From: an uncultured Gammaproteobacteria bacterium
Lineage (GTDB): Bacteria > Pseudomonadota > Gammaproteobacteria > Arenicellales > CAJQKF01
Direction: 5' to 3'
NCBI GenBank assembly: GCA_965652415.1
Contig: CBFGVH010000003.1
Coordinates: 4,782-68,781, forward strand
DNA: 64,000 nt
Shown: positions 19,422 to 33,206 of the stretch, piece after piece
How positions within the stretch are numbered: position 1 is the first letter of the stretch
Layout of the letters: the number at the start of each line of letters is the position of its first letter
The notes under the pieces: model-generated
The model's database searches: none
What the model was told of the DNA's origin: nothing
Seen by the model: only the letters and a program-made list of their open reading frames with translations
Position numbers and translations under genes: made by a program

Positions 19422-20756
19422 GTGCTGACACCGATCAGGCGCTTGTTTCGCTGGCTGGAAGGCTCCGACCTGACTGCCAATCTCCCCGCGCGGGTACAGG
19501 ATACGATAAAGGAAAGGCAGGACGCCAGCGAAATCCTGATCGGCCGGGTGCAGCTGATCTTCATCGTCACCATGGGCGCGCTGTACGCCGTCTCGCCCAA
19601 GGCCTTCTCCGAGGACACGATGTTCGCCCCGGTCCCGTGGGCGATCGTCCTGTACCTCACGTTCACGCTCATCCGGCTCGTCCTCGCCCACCGCCGCACC
19701 CTGCCGCGCGCGCTGCTCGTGTTCTCCGTGGTGCTGGACATGACACTGCTGATGGGCCTGATCTTCAGCTTCCACCTGCAGTACGAGCAGCCGCCGTCGT
19801 TCTACCTGAAGGCGCCGACGATCCTGTACGTGTTCATCTTCATCGCCATCCGCGCGCTGCGCTTCGATCCGCTTTACGTCATCCTTTCGGGCTTTGCGGC
19901 ATCCCTCGGATGGCTGCTGCTGGCCGCCTACGCGCTGGCTCTCGCCCCCGCCGAGGCCGGCGTCACCCGCGACTATGCCGAGTACCTGACGTCCAACCGC
20001 ATACTGATCGGCGCCGAGCTGGACAAGATCATCTCCATCGCCATCGTCACCACGGTGCTCGCCATCGGCATCGCCCGCGCCCGCGACACGCTGGTGCGTT
20101 CGGTGGCGGAGCAGAGCGCGGTGTCCGACCTGTCGCGGTTTCTGCCGCGCCAGGTGGTCGATCGTTTGCGCTCTTCCGCCACGCGCCTGGAAGCCGGCCA
20201 CTGCGAGGCCGACGAGGCCACCATCCTCTACCTCGACATCGAGTCGTTCACGCGCATCAGCGAGCAGCTCGAGCCCGACGCGCTGGTGGCCGCGCTCAAC
20301 GACTACTTCGCCGCCGTCGCCGATCCCATCAACAGGAACGGCGGCGTCATCTGCCAGTTCCAGGGCGACGCCATCCTGGCCAGCTTCAACGTTCCAAACG
20401 CGGACCCCGCGCACGCCGCGCGCGCCGTCGCCGCCGCGCGCGAGATCCTGGAGCTGACCGCACGCCACACGTTCGGGGGCATGCACTTTCGCGCTCGGAT
20501 CGGCGTCAACACGGGCCCGGTCGTGGGCGGACTCGTGGGCACGCCCCACCAGGTCGGCTACACCGTGCACGGAAACGACGTCAACCTGGCAGCGCGACTC
20601 GAGCAGTTGAACAAGGAAACGGGAACACGGCTGCTGATCGCCGAATCGACCCGAGCGAGGGCGGGAGTCGAGGCAGCCGCCCTCGCCGAGGTTGGCGAGT
20701 TCGCGATTCGGGGTCAGACCCGGCCGGTGCGCGTGTTCACCATCGACTCTCCGTGA
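19422..20756 (+). CDS. Membrane-anchored class III adenylate/guanylate cyclase (about 6 TM helices plus a CHD domain)
   Basis: 444 aa. Six hydrophobic helices, then ATILYLDIESFT..QFQGDAILASF..RIGVNTGPVVGGLVG..YTVHGNDVNLAARLE. Start codon uncertain (GTG with no clear RBS). Confidence 0.85.
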   Translation: MLTPIRRLFRWLEGSDLTANLPARVQDTIKERQDASEILIGRVQLIFIVTMGALYAVSPKAFSEDTMFAPVPWAIVLYLTFTLIRLVLAHRRTLPRALLVFSVVLDMTLLMGLIFSFHLQYEQPPSFYLKAPTILYVFIFIAIRALRFDPLYVILSGFAASLGWLLLAAYALALAPAEAGVTRDYAEYLTSNRILIGAELDKIISIAIVTTVLAIGIARARDTLVRSVAEQSAVSDLSRFLPRQVVDRLRSSATRLEAGHCEADEATILYLDIESFTRISEQLEPDALVAALNDYFAAVADPINRNGGVICQFQGDAILASFNVPNADPAHAARAVAAAREILELTARHTFGGMHFRARIGVNTGPVVGGLVGTPHQVGYTVHGNDVNLAARLEQLNKETGTRLLIAESTRARAGVEAAALAEVGEFAIRGQTRPVRVFTIDSP

Positions 20757-20780
20757 GCACGCCGCCGTGACGATGGCCGG

Positions 20781-22313
<1,533 letters not shown>

Positions 22314-22360
22314 GGTGCTCGCCTTGTTCGTTGCAAGGGATCCGGCAGCGGCTGGACGAA

Positions 22361-24505
22361 TCAGTCGTCGGACTTGCGGATCAGCTTCAGGACCTCGCCG
22401 GCCGCGTGGGGAATGTTGGTCCCGGGGCCGTAGACCGCGGCCACGCCGAGGCCCGCGAGCCAGTCGTAGTCCTGCGGCGGAATCACCCCGCCCAGGACCA
22501 CGATGACGTCGTCGGCACCGGCCGCCTTCAGTTCGTCCATGACCTGCGGCACGAGAGTCTTGTGGGCCGCGGCCTGCGACGAGATGCCGATGATGTGCAC
22601 GTCGTTCTCGATCGCCTGCCGAACGGCCTCGTCGGGCGTCTGGAACAGCGGCCCGATATCGACGTCGAAGCCGAGATCGGCGAAGGCGGTGGCGATGATC
22701 CTGGCGCCGCGGTCGTGGCCGTCCTGGCCCAGCTTGGCGACCAGCATGCGCGGTCTCCTGCCGTGGGCGCTTTCGAACTCGACCACCTCTGCCTTGATGC
22801 GCGCGAAGCCCTCGTCGCCTTCGTAGTGGGAACCGTACACCCCTGATATCGAGCGGATCACGGCGCGGTGCCGGCTGAAGACCTTCTCCAGGGCGTCGGA
22901 GATCTCGCCCACACTTGCCCGCCGGCGCGCCGCCTCGACGGCCAGCTCGAGCAGGTTGGCGTCGCCGCGTGCGCCCTCGGTCAGCGCCTCGAGCGCCGCC
23001 CGGCAGGCCGCCTCGTCGCGGTCCGCGCGCACCTTCTCGAGTCGCGTCACCTGGGCCTCGCGGACCTTCGTGTTGTCGATGTCGAGGATGTCGACGGCTT
23101 CCTCCCTGTCGGCGATGAACCGGTTGACGCCCACAACCACCTCCTCGCCGCGGTCGATGCGCGCCTGGCGCTCGGCGGCCGCGGCCTCGATGCGCAGCTT
23201 GGGCATGCCCGATGCCACGGCACGCGTCATGCCGCCCATCTCCTCGACCTCGTCGATGAGCTTGCGCGCCTCGACAACCAGGCTCGCGGTCAGCGATTCG
23301 ACGTAGTACGAACCCCCCAGCGGGTCGACCACGTGACGCACGCCGGTCTCGTGCTGCAGGATGAGCTGGGTGTTGCGGGCGATGCGGGCCGAGAAGTCGG
23401 TCGGCAGCGCGAGCGCCTCGTCGAAGCTGTTGGTGTGCAGCGACTGCGTGCCGCCGAGCACCGCGGCCAACGCCTCGACGGCGGTCCTGACGATGTTGTT
23501 GTACGGATCCTTGCTGGTCAGGCTCACCCCGGAGGTCTGGCAATGGGTGCGCAGCATCAGCGAGCGCTCGTCGGCCGGCGCGAACAATTCCGCCATCAGC
23601 TCGGCCCACAGGATGCGCGCGGCGCGCAGCTTGGCGATCTCCACGAAGAAGTTCATGCCGATGGCGAAAAAGAACGACAACCGCGGCGCGAACTCGTCGA
23701 CCGCCAGGCCGCTGGCGATGGCGGCGCGCACGTACTCGATGCCGTCGGCGATGGTGAACGCCAGCTCCTGCACGCCGGTGGCGCCCGCCTCCTGCATGTG
23801 GTAGCCGGAGATCGACACCGGGTTGAAGCGCGGCATGCGCCGCGAGGTGTAGCCGATGATGTCCGAGACGATTCGCATCGACGGCTCGGGCGGGTAGATG
23901 TAGGTGTTGCGCACCATGAACTCCTTCAGGATGTCGTTCTGAAGGGTCCCGGTGAGCGCCTCGGGCTTCACGCCCTGCTCCTCGGCGGCGACGATGTACA
24001 TCGCCATCACCGGCAGCACCGCGCCGTTCATGGTCATCGACACCGACATGCGATCGAGCGGGATGCCGTCGAACAGGATCTTCATGTCCTCGACGCTGTC
24101 GATGGCGACACCGGCCTTGCCGACGTCGCCGACCACACGCGGGTGGTCGGAGTCGTAGCCGCGGTGGGTGGCAAGGTCGAAGGCGATCGACAGGCCGGCC
24201 TGGCCGCTGGCGAGGTTGCGCCGGTAGAAGGCGTTGGACTCCTCGGCGGTCGAGTAGCCGGCGTACTGGCGCACGGTCCAGGGCCGGCCGGCATACATGG
24301 TGGCGCGCGGCCCGCGGGCGAACGGCGCGAAGCCCGGCAGCGAATCGACGTGGGCGATGGCGTCCAGGTCGGCCGCGGTATAAAGGGGTCTGACCTCGAT
24401 GCCTTCGGGCGTTCGCCAGTTGAGCGTCTGCGGATCCTTCCCTTTCAGTTCCTCGGCCGCCCGCGCCCGCCAGGCGTCGAGATCGGGCTTGTCGAATTCG
24501 GACAC
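22361..24505 (-). CDS. scpA: Methylmalonyl-CoA mutase, single-chain (catalytic plus B12-binding domain)
   Basis: GTG at 24505, preceded by GGAG 7 nt upstream and lying just after the prpE stop. 714 aa. [35 protein letters not shown] and a C-terminal DGHDRGA B12 motif. Confidence 0.93.
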   Translation of the reverse strand: MSEFDKPDLDAWRARAAEELKGKDPQTLNWRTPEGIEVRPLYTAADLDAIAHVDSLPGFAPFARGPRATMYAGRPWTVRQYAGYSTAEESNAFYRRNLASGQAGLSIAFDLATHRGYDSDHPRVVGDVGKAGVAIDSVEDMKILFDGIPLDRMSVSMTMNGAVLPVMAMYIVAAEEQGVKPEALTGTLQNDILKEFMVRNTYIYPPEPSMRIVSDIIGYTSRRMPRFNPVSISGYHMQEAGATGVQELAFTIADGIEYVRAAIASGLAVDEFAPRLSFFFAIGMNFFVEIAKLRAARILWAELMAELFAPADERSLMLRTHCQTSGVSLTSKDPYNNIVRTAVEALAAVLGGTQSLHTNSFDEALALPTDFSARIARNTQLILQHETGVRHVVDPLGGSYYVESLTASLVVEARKLIDEVEEMGGMTRAVASGMPKLRIEAAAAERQARIDRGEEVVVGVNRFIADREEAVDILDIDNTKVREAQVTRLEKVRADRDEAACRAALEALTEGARGDANLLELAVEAARRRASVGEISDALEKVFSRHRAVIRSISGVYGSHYEGDEGFARIKAEVVEFESAHGRRPRMLVAKLGQDGHDRGARIIATAFADLGFDVDIGPLFQTPDEAVRQAIENDVHIIGISSQAAAHKTLVPQVMDELKAAGADDVIVVLGGVIPPQDYDWLAGLGVAAVYGPGTNIPHAAGEVLKLIRKSDD

Positions 24506-24518
24506 GAATCGCTCCTGG

Positions 24519-26417
<1,899 letters not shown>

Positions 26418-26587
26418 GGTTTCCTCGTCAATTTCGGATTCGCGAATTCGCCGGGTCGGCACCCGCCGCTCGTTGCCGGGAGGCGCCTCCGCGGGGTCCC
26501 GATTGCCCCGCCGCTCCGGTCGGGCTAACATGCCTTGCAGTGCACCATGTTAATGCAATATTTCCCGCTTCACCATCGCCCGACGCC

Positions 26588-27364
26588 ATGACCTACGACA
26601 ACCTGACCCTCGAAATCCGCGGCAACGTGGGCCTCGTCACGCTCAATCGGCCCAAGGCGCTCAACGCGCTGAGCTCGGCGCTGATGGACGAGCTGACCGC
26701 TGCACTCAGGCGCTGCGAGGCCGACGACGCGGTCGGCGCCATGGTCGTCACCGGCAGCGAGAAGGCCTTCGCCGCCGGCGCCGACATCGCCGAACTCAAG
26801 TCCCACGGCTTCGCCGACGCCTACCTCGGCGGCCTGATCACCCGCAACTGGGAGGAGATCACCCGCTGCCGCAAGCCGATCATCGCCGCGGTGGCCGGCT
26901 ACGCGCTCGGCGGCGGCTGCGAACTGGCGATGATGTGCGATTTCATCCTCGCCGCCGACAATGCGAAGTTCGGCCAGCCGGAGATCCGCCTCGGCGTGGT
27001 GCCCGGCGCCGGCGGCAGCCAGCGCCTGACCCGCTTCGTCGGCAAGTCCAAGGCCATGGAGATGTGCCTGACCGGGCGCATGATGGACGCGGCGGAGGCC
27101 GAGCGCTCGGGCCTGGTGAGCCGCATCGTGCCGCTGGACGAACTCGTCGAGGAGGCCGTGAAGACGGCCGCCGAGATCGCGGGCTACTCGCGGCCCGCGG
27201 TGTTCGCGGCCAAGGACCTCGTCAACCGCGCCTACGAGACCACCCTGTCCGAGGGTGTGCGCGCCGAGCGCTTCACCTTCCAGGCGCTGTTCGCCACCGA
27301 GGACAAGGACGAGGGCATGGCGGCGTTCCTCGAAAAGCGCCCACCCGAGTGGAAGCACCGCTGA
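26588..27364 (+). CDS. Enoyl-CoA hydratase (crotonase family)
   Basis: Internal ATG at 26588, 258 aa. VGLVTLNRPKALNAL..VVTGSEKAFAAGADI..GYALGGGCELAMMCD. Confidence 0.9.
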   Translation: MTYDNLTLEIRGNVGLVTLNRPKALNALSSALMDELTAALRRCEADDAVGAMVVTGSEKAFAAGADIAELKSHGFADAYLGGLITRNWEEITRCRKPIIAAVAGYALGGGCELAMMCDFILAADNAKFGQPEIRLGVVPGAGGSQRLTRFVGKSKAMEMCLTGRMMDAAEAERSGLVSRIVPLDELVEEAVKTAAEIAGYSRPAVFAAKDLVNRAYETTLSEGVRAERFTFQALFATEDKDEGMAAFLEKRPPEWKHR

Positions 27365-27382
27365 GCGGCCGGGTGCAGCATC

Positions 27383-28474
27383 ATGCGCGTTGGTGAAACC
27401 TGGTACCGGTCGATCTGGCGCGAGCCGGGTTCGAACCTCGTGCGTGCCATCGACCAGACGGCGCTGCCGCACCGGCTGCGGTTCTTCGAACTCGCCACGG
27501 TCGACGATGCCGTCACCGCCATCCGCCACATGAAGGTGCGCGGCGCACCCCTGATCGGCGCCACCGCCGCCTACGGCATCGCCCTGGCGCTGGCCGGAAG
27601 GGACGACGAGGCGAGCCTCGAGCGCGCTGCCGAGGCTCTTCTGGCGGCGCGCCCGACCGCCGTCAACCTGCGCTGGGCGGTCGAACGAATGATCCGTATT
27701 CTCGCCGGCGCGGCGCCCGGCGAGCGCGTGCACACGGCATTCGCCGAGGCCGACCGGCTGTGCGACGAGGACGCTGCCTGCAACGAGGCGATCGGCGTTC
27801 ACGGTGTCGAACTCATCAGGGGCTGCGCAGACAAGACAGGAACGACGATCAACGTGCTCACGCACTGCAATGCGGGCTGGCTGGCCACGGTGGACTGGGG
27901 CACCGCATTGGCGCCGATCTATCGCGCCCACGACGAGGGCATCGACGTGCACGTGTGGGTGGACGAGACCCGGCCGCGCAACCAGGGCGCGGCGCTGACC
28001 ATGTGGGAGCTGATGAACCACGGCGTTCCCTGCACGCTGATCGTCGACAATGCGGGCGGACACCTGATGCAGCGCGGCCAGGTCGACGTGGTTATCGTCG
28101 GCTCGGACCGCACGACGGCTACCGGGGATGTCTGCAACAAGATCGGCACCTACCTCAAGGCCCTGGCGGCGGCCGACAACGGCGTGCCGTTCCACGTCGC
28201 CCTGCCGGCCTCGACGATCGATCTCTCCGCCACCGACGGCGGCGCGATCCCCATCGAGGAACGCGACGGGCGCGAGGTGCTGCGGGTAGCCGGCGAGCAC
28301 GAGGGCGAAATCCTCGACGTTGCCATCGCCCCGGCCGGGGCGCGGGCCGCCAATCCCGCCTTCGACGTCACCCCCGCCCGACTGGTGACGGGCTACATCA
28401 CCGAACACGGCGCCGGGCCCGACATCATCGAGCTGTCCGGGTCCGACGCCCGAAGCGAAGCGTGCGCCGGTTAG
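27383..28474 (+). CDS. mtnA: S-methyl-5-thioribose-1-phosphate isomerase
   Basis: 363 aa. IDQTALPHR..IRHMKVRGAPLIGATAAYG..THCNAGWLATVDWGTALAPI..VGSDRTTATGDVCNKIGTY. Confidence 0.92.
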   Translation: MRVGETWYRSIWREPGSNLVRAIDQTALPHRLRFFELATVDDAVTAIRHMKVRGAPLIGATAAYGIALALAGRDDEASLERAAEALLAARPTAVNLRWAVERMIRILAGAAPGERVHTAFAEADRLCDEDAACNEAIGVHGVELIRGCADKTGTTINVLTHCNAGWLATVDWGTALAPIYRAHDEGIDVHVWVDETRPRNQGAALTMWELMNHGVPCTLIVDNAGGHLMQRGQVDVVIVGSDRTTATGDVCNKIGTYLKALAAADNGVPFHVALPASTIDLSATDGGAIPIEERDGREVLRVAGEHEGEILDVAIAPAGARAANPAFDVTPARLVTGYITEHGAGPDIIELSGSDARSEACAG

Positions 28475-28483
28475 CGCCGGCCG

Positions 28484-28510
28484 AGCCCGGGCATCAACCT
28501 GCCGGGCTTT
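28484..28510 (+). terminator. Weak candidate intrinsic terminator after mtnA (AGCCCGG-N11-CCGGGCT TT)
   Basis: 7-bp stem, a large loop and a short T-run, 10 nt after the mtnA stop. Confidence 0.3.
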
Positions 28511-28635
28511 ACGGACGAGGACCGAGTGCGGTTAAATGACCGCTACCGACCGGCCTGCTTCCGGCCGGCAATTCACGAACGATAAGCACACCCTGCAAGG
28601 ACGCCAAACGAAGGATCATCAGAGGTGAGATCATC

Positions 28636-30228
28636 ATGAAACGTACCTTGATCAATACCGCCGTGACGCTGGGGCTGCTCGTTTCCCCTGCGGCCCTGGC
28701 GGCCAAGACACTCGTGTTCTGCTCCGAAGGCAGTCCCGAGGGCTTCAATCCCTCGCTGTATACAGCGGGAACGACCTTCGACGCGTCGTCGCGGGCCGTG
28801 TACAACCGGCTGGTGGAGTTCGAGCGCGGCACCACCAAGATCGTGCCCGCCCTGGCCGAGACCTGGTCGGTTTCCGACGACGGCCTGGAGTACACCTTCA
28901 ACCTGCGCCAGGGCGTGAAGTTCCATACCACGGCCGACTTCACCCCGAGCCGCGACTTCAACGCCGACGACGTCATCTACAGCTTCATGCGCCAGTTCGA
29001 CAAGGAGCATCCCTATCACGGCGTGTCCGGCGGCGCCTACGAGTATTTCAACGCCATGTCGATGCCCGATCTCCTCAAGGAGATCGTCAAGGTCGACGAC
29101 CATACCGTGAAGTTCGTGCTCAACCGGCCCGAGGCGCCCATGATCGCCAACCTGGCGATGGACTTCGCATCCATCCTGTCGGCCGAGTACGCCGACCAGA
29201 TGCTGGCCGCCGGCACCCCCGAGAAAGTCGATCTCAGCCCGGTCGGCACCGGGCCGTTCCAGCTGGTCGCCTACCAGAAGGACGCGGTGATCCGCTACCA
29301 GGCGCATCCCGAGTACTGGGCCGGCAAGGCGGCCATCGACAACCTCGTGTTCGCCATCACCCAGGATCCGTCGGTGCGCTACCAGAAGCTCAAGGCCGGC
29401 GAGTGCCACGTGATGCCCTACCCCAACCCGGCGGACATCGAGGCGATGCGCACCGATGCGGACGTCAACCTGCTCGAGCAGGAAGGTCTGAACGTCGGCT
29501 ACCTCGCCTACAACACCCAGCAGCCGCCCTTCGACAACGCCAAGGTGCGCAAGGCGCTGAACATGGCTGTCAACAAGGAGGCGATCATCGACGCGGTGTT
29601 CCAGGGCGCCGGCACCATCGCCAAGAACCCGATCCCGCCGACCATCTGGTCGTACAACGAGAACACCGTCGACGATCCCTACGATCCCGAGGCGGCGAAG
29701 GCGATGCTTGCCGAGGCGGGCATTTCCGGTCTCAAGACCAAGATCTGGGCGATGCCCGTTCAGCGCCCGTACAACCCCAACGCCCGCCGCATGGCCGAGC
29801 TGATCCAGGCCGACTGGGCGGCCGTCGGCGTCGAGGCGGAGATCGTCTCCTACGAGTGGGGCGAGTACCTCGAGCGCTCCAAGGCGGTCGACCGCGACGG
29901 CGCGGTGCTGCTCGGCTGGACCGGCGACAACGGCGACCCGGACAACTTCCTGGCCGTGCTGCTCGGCTGTGACGGCGTCGGCGGCGCCAACCGCGCCCAG
30001 TGGTGCCACCAGCCCTTCGAGGACCTGATCCAGAAGGCCAAGGTGGTCAGCGACGTGGCGGAACGCACCCGGCTCTACGAGGAAGCCCAGCTCGTCTTCA
30101 AGGAGCAGGCGCCGTGGGCGACCATCGCGCACTCGGTGGTGTACAAGCCGGTGCGCCCCGAGGTGGTGGACTTCCGCATCGATCCCTTCGGCGGTCACGT
30201 CTTCTACGGCGTGGACCTGAAGGAGTAA
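28636..30228 (+). CDS. dppA: Dipeptide ABC transporter substrate-binding protein
   Basis: 530 aa. Collinear with E. coli DppA (KTLVFCSEGSPEGFNP..., WAMPVQRPYNPNARRMAELIQADWA, GWTGDNGDPDNF). Confidence 0.93.
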   Translation: MKRTLINTAVTLGLLVSPAALAAKTLVFCSEGSPEGFNPSLYTAGTTFDASSRAVYNRLVEFERGTTKIVPALAETWSVSDDGLEYTFNLRQGVKFHTTADFTPSRDFNADDVIYSFMRQFDKEHPYHGVSGGAYEYFNAMSMPDLLKEIVKVDDHTVKFVLNRPEAPMIANLAMDFASILSAEYADQMLAAGTPEKVDLSPVGTGPFQLVAYQKDAVIRYQAHPEYWAGKAAIDNLVFAITQDPSVRYQKLKAGECHVMPYPNPADIEAMRTDADVNLLEQEGLNVGYLAYNTQQPPFDNAKVRKALNMAVNKEAIIDAVFQGAGTIAKNPIPPTIWSYNENTVDDPYDPEAAKAMLAEAGISGLKTKIWAMPVQRPYNPNARRMAELIQADWAAVGVEAEIVSYEWGEYLERSKAVDRDGAVLLGWTGDNGDPDNFLAVLLGCDGVGGANRAQWCHQPFEDLIQKAKVVSDVAERTRLYEEAQLVFKEQAPWATIAHSVVYKPVRPEVVDFRIDPFGGHVFYGVDLKE

Positions 30229-30260
30229 CGCCCGGGACACCGCTGTCCCGTTCGTAGGAC

Positions 30261-30286
30261 GGAGGAGGCCGCCCGCGGCCTCCTCC
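30261..30286 (+). other. Intercistronic stem-loop between dppA and dppB (GGAGGAGGCCG-CCCG-CGGCCTCCTCC)
   Basis: Perfect 11-bp stem read from the sequence, 33 nt after the dppA stop. A second 5-bp hairpin (CCGCG..CGCGG) follows. Confidence 0.6.
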
Positions 30287-30329
30287 GCAGCGTGAGCCGC
30301 GGCACCGCTCGCGGACACCGGGGACCGGC

Positions 30330-31340
30330 ATGCTGCGATTCGTACTGACCCGGCTCGGCCTGGTGATCCCGACCTTCATCGGGATCACGCTTCTGACCTT
30401 CGCCATGATCCGCCTGGTGCCGGGCGATCCCATCGAGCTGCTCGCCGGCGAGCGCGGCATCTCCACCGAGCGCCACGCCGAACTGCGCGCCATCTACGGC
30501 TTCGACAAGCCGCTGCTCGAACAGTACTGGATCTACGTCAAGGGCATTCTCTCGGGCGACCTCGGCCGCTCCATCGTCACCCGCCAGCCGGTGCTCGACG
30601 AGTTCTTCACCTTGTTCCCCGCCACCATCGAGCTTTCCCTTTGCGCGCTCATATTCGCACTGGCGCTCGGGCTGCCGGCGGGCATACTTGCTGCCGTGCG
30701 CCGCGGCTCGGTATTCGACCACACCGTGATGGGCGCCGCGCTGACCGGCTACTCCATGCCGATCTTCTGGTGGGGGCTCCTGCTCATCATCCTGTTCTCC
30801 GGCATCCTCGGCTGGACGCCGGTATCGGGCCGGATCTCCCTGATGTTCTACTTCGAGCCGGTCACGGGCTTCATGCTCATCGACAGCCTGTTGTCGGGCC
30901 AGGACGGCGCCTTCGCTTCGGCGCTGTCCCACCTGGTACTGCCGGCCATCGTGCTCGGCACCATTCCGCTGGCGGTCATCGCCCGCCAGACCCGCTCGGC
31001 CATGCTCGAAGTACTCGGAGAGGACTACGTGCGCACCGCCCGCGCCAAGGGCCTCGCCCCGTGGCGGGTGATCGGCATCCACGCCCTGCGCAACGCGCTG
31101 ATCCCGGTGATCACCGTGATCGGCCTGCAGGTGGGCGTGATGTTCGCCGGCGCGGTGCTTACCGAGACGATATTCTCCTGGCCGGGGATCGGCAAATGGC
31201 TGATCGACTCGATCAGCCGGCGCGACTACCCCTCGGTGCAGGGCGGCATCCTGCTGATCGCCACCACGGTGATCCTCGTCAACCTGCTGGTGGACCTGGT
31301 GTACGGACTGGTCAACCCGCGCATCCGCCACCGCCGCTGA
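30330..31340 (+). CDS. dppB: Dipeptide ABC transporter permease
   Basis: 336 aa. MLRFVLTRLGLVIPTFIGITLLTF and the EAA-loop region YVRTARAKGL. Confidence 0.93.
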   Translation: MLRFVLTRLGLVIPTFIGITLLTFAMIRLVPGDPIELLAGERGISTERHAELRAIYGFDKPLLEQYWIYVKGILSGDLGRSIVTRQPVLDEFFTLFPATIELSLCALIFALALGLPAGILAAVRRGSVFDHTVMGAALTGYSMPIFWWGLLLIILFSGILGWTPVSGRISLMFYFEPVTGFMLIDSLLSGQDGAFASALSHLVLPAIVLGTIPLAVIARQTRSAMLEVLGEDYVRTARAKGLAPWRVIGIHALRNALIPVITVIGLQVGVMFAGAVLTETIFSWPGIGKWLIDSISRRDYPSVQGGILLIATTVILVNLLVDLVYGLVNPRIRHRR

Positions 31341-31344
31341 GGCC

Positions 31345-32247
31345 ATGAGCGAGCCCGCCGCAGCCCCCGCCGTCACGGTCGCCCCTCCCCGGCCGATTGC
31401 CGAGTTCTGGAGCTACTTCCGGGAAAACAAGGGCGCCGTCGCCGGCCTCGCCACGTTCGTGGTCATCTGCCTGCTGGCGATCTTCGCCGACGTCGTGGCG
31501 CCGCACGAACCGACCCGGCAGTATCGCGACGCCTTCCTGGTGCCGCCGTTCTGGCAGGACGGCGGCTCGTTCACGTACCTGCTCGGCACCGACGCGGTCG
31601 GTCGCGACATCCTCTCGCGGCTCATATACGGGGCCCGTTTCTCACTCATCATCGGCGTCATCGTGGTGACCCTGTCATTGACCCTCGGCATCGCGCTCGG
31701 CCTGGTCGCCGCCGCCTTCCGGGGCGTGGTCGAGATCGCCATCATGCGCCTGATGGACATCATGCTGGCCCTGCCCAGCCTGCTGCTGGCGGTGGTGATC
31801 GTGGCCATACTGGGACCCGGGCTGTTCAACGCCATGCTGGCCATCTCCATCGTCTACCTGCCGCACCTGGTGCGTCTCGCCCGGGCGGCGGCCATCGGCG
31901 AACTCGCCAAGGACTACGTCACCGCCTCGCGCGTCGCCGGCGCGGGGCGGGTGCGGCTGATGGTCGTCACCGTGCTGCCCAACTGCATGGCGCCGCTGAT
32001 CGTGCAGGCCACGCTGAGCTTCTCCAACGCCATCCTCGACGCCGCCGCGCTCGGCTTCCTCGGCCTCGGCGCGCAGCCGCCGACGCCGGAGTGGGGGACC
32101 ATGCTTGCCGAGGCGCGCGAGTTCGTGCTGCGCGCGTGGTGGGTGGTGACCTTCCCGGGACTGGCCATCCTGGTGACCGTGCTGGCTCTGAACCTGCTCG
32201 GCGACGGTCTTCGCGACGCGCTCGATCCCAAGTTGAAAAGACTTTGA
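31345..32247 (+). CDS. dppC: Dipeptide ABC transporter permease
   Basis: 300 aa. Typical DppC/OppC TM pattern, with [12 protein letters not shown] in the EAA loop. Confidence 0.92.
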   Translation: MSEPAAAPAVTVAPPRPIAEFWSYFRENKGAVAGLATFVVICLLAIFADVVAPHEPTRQYRDAFLVPPFWQDGGSFTYLLGTDAVGRDILSRLIYGARFSLIIGVIVVTLSLTLGIALGLVAAAFRGVVEIAIMRLMDIMLALPSLLLAVVIVAILGPGLFNAMLAISIVYLPHLVRLARAAAIGELAKDYVTASRVAGAGRVRLMVVTVLPNCMAPLIVQATLSFSNAILDAAALGFLGLGAQPPTPEWGTMLAEAREFVLRAWWVVTFPGLAILVTVLALNLLGDGLRDALDPKLKRL

Positions 32248-32249
32248 CC

Positions 32250-33206
32250 ATGGCCCTGCTTGAGATCGAGAACCTCACGGTGGCATTCGGCGACTTTCGC
32301 GCGGTGGACGAGGTCAGCCTGTCGGTCGACCAGGGCCAGACGCTGGGGATCGTCGGCGAGTCGGGCTCGGGCAAGAGCGTGAGCATGCTGGCACTGATGG
32401 GGCTCGTCACCTTCCCCGGCGTGGTGAGTGCCGATCGTCTGGTCTTCGACGACCACGACCTGCTCGCCATGTCCGACGCCCGCCGCCGCGACATCACCGG
32501 CAAGGACGTGGCCATGATCTTCCAGGAGCCGTTGACCAGCCTCAACCCGTGCTTCACGGTGGGCTACCAGATCAGCGAGGCGCTCCAGGTGCACGAGGGC
32601 GGCACGCGCCGCGAACGCCGCGAGCGCACCTTCGAGCTGATGGCACAGGTCGGCATCCCCGACCCGAAGCGGCGCTTCGGCTCGTTCCCCCACCAGATGT
32701 CGGGCGGAATGAACCAGCGCGTGATGATCGCCATGGCCATCGCATGCAATCCCAAGCTGCTGATCGCGGACGAGCCGACCACCGCGCTGGACGTGACCAT
32801 CCAGGCCCAGATCCTCGACCTGCTGCTCACGCTGCAGGAGCAGAAAGGCATGGCACTGATCCTGATCACCCACGACATGGGCGTGGTCGCGGAGACCGTA
32901 CGCCGGGTGAACGTCATGTACGCGGGCCAGGTGGTGGAGGAGCGCGGGGCCGACGAGCTGTTCACCCGCCCGCGCCACCCGTACACCTCGGCGCTGCTCG
33001 AGGCGCTGCCCGAGCGCAGCCGCGGGCGGCGCCGGTTGCCGACCATCCCGGGCGTGGTGCCCGGTCCCCTGGACCGTCCCGCTGGCTGCCTGTTCAACCC
33101 GCGCTGCGCTCGCGTCCAGGACGACTGCCGGGCGATCGTGCCGGCGCTCAGGCGCGACGGCGCTGGCAACGCAGTGCGCTGCCTGCACGAGATCGAGTGG
33201 TCATGA
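32250..33206 (+). CDS. dppD: Dipeptide ABC transporter ATP-binding protein
   Basis: Internal ATG at 32250. Walker A GESGSGKS, signature MSGGMNQR, Walker [13 protein letters not shown]. Confidence 0.93.
   Translation: MALLEIENLTVAFGDFRAVDEVSLSVDQGQTLGIVGESGSGKSVSMLALMGLVTFPGVVSADRLVFDDHDLLAMSDARRRDITGKDVAMIFQEPLTSLNPCFTVGYQISEALQVHEGGTRRERRERTFELMAQVGIPDPKRRFGSFPHQMSGGMNQRVMIAMAIACNPKLLIADEPTTALDVTIQAQILDLLLTLQEQKGMALILITHDMGVVAETVRRVNVMYAGQVVEERGADELFTRPRHPYTSALLEALPERSRGRRRLPTIPGVVPGPLDRPAGCLFNPRCARVQDDCRAIVPALRRDGAGNAVRCLHEIEWS

Noticed and set aside
19422-20756. The cyclase as part of a CBASS-like or other cyclic-nucleotide defence system
   Set aside because: It is a class III (CHD) cyclase with a membrane anchor, not a CD-NTase. 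No effector, Cap, TIR, patatin or nuclease gene is adjacent. The neighbours are metabolic genes.
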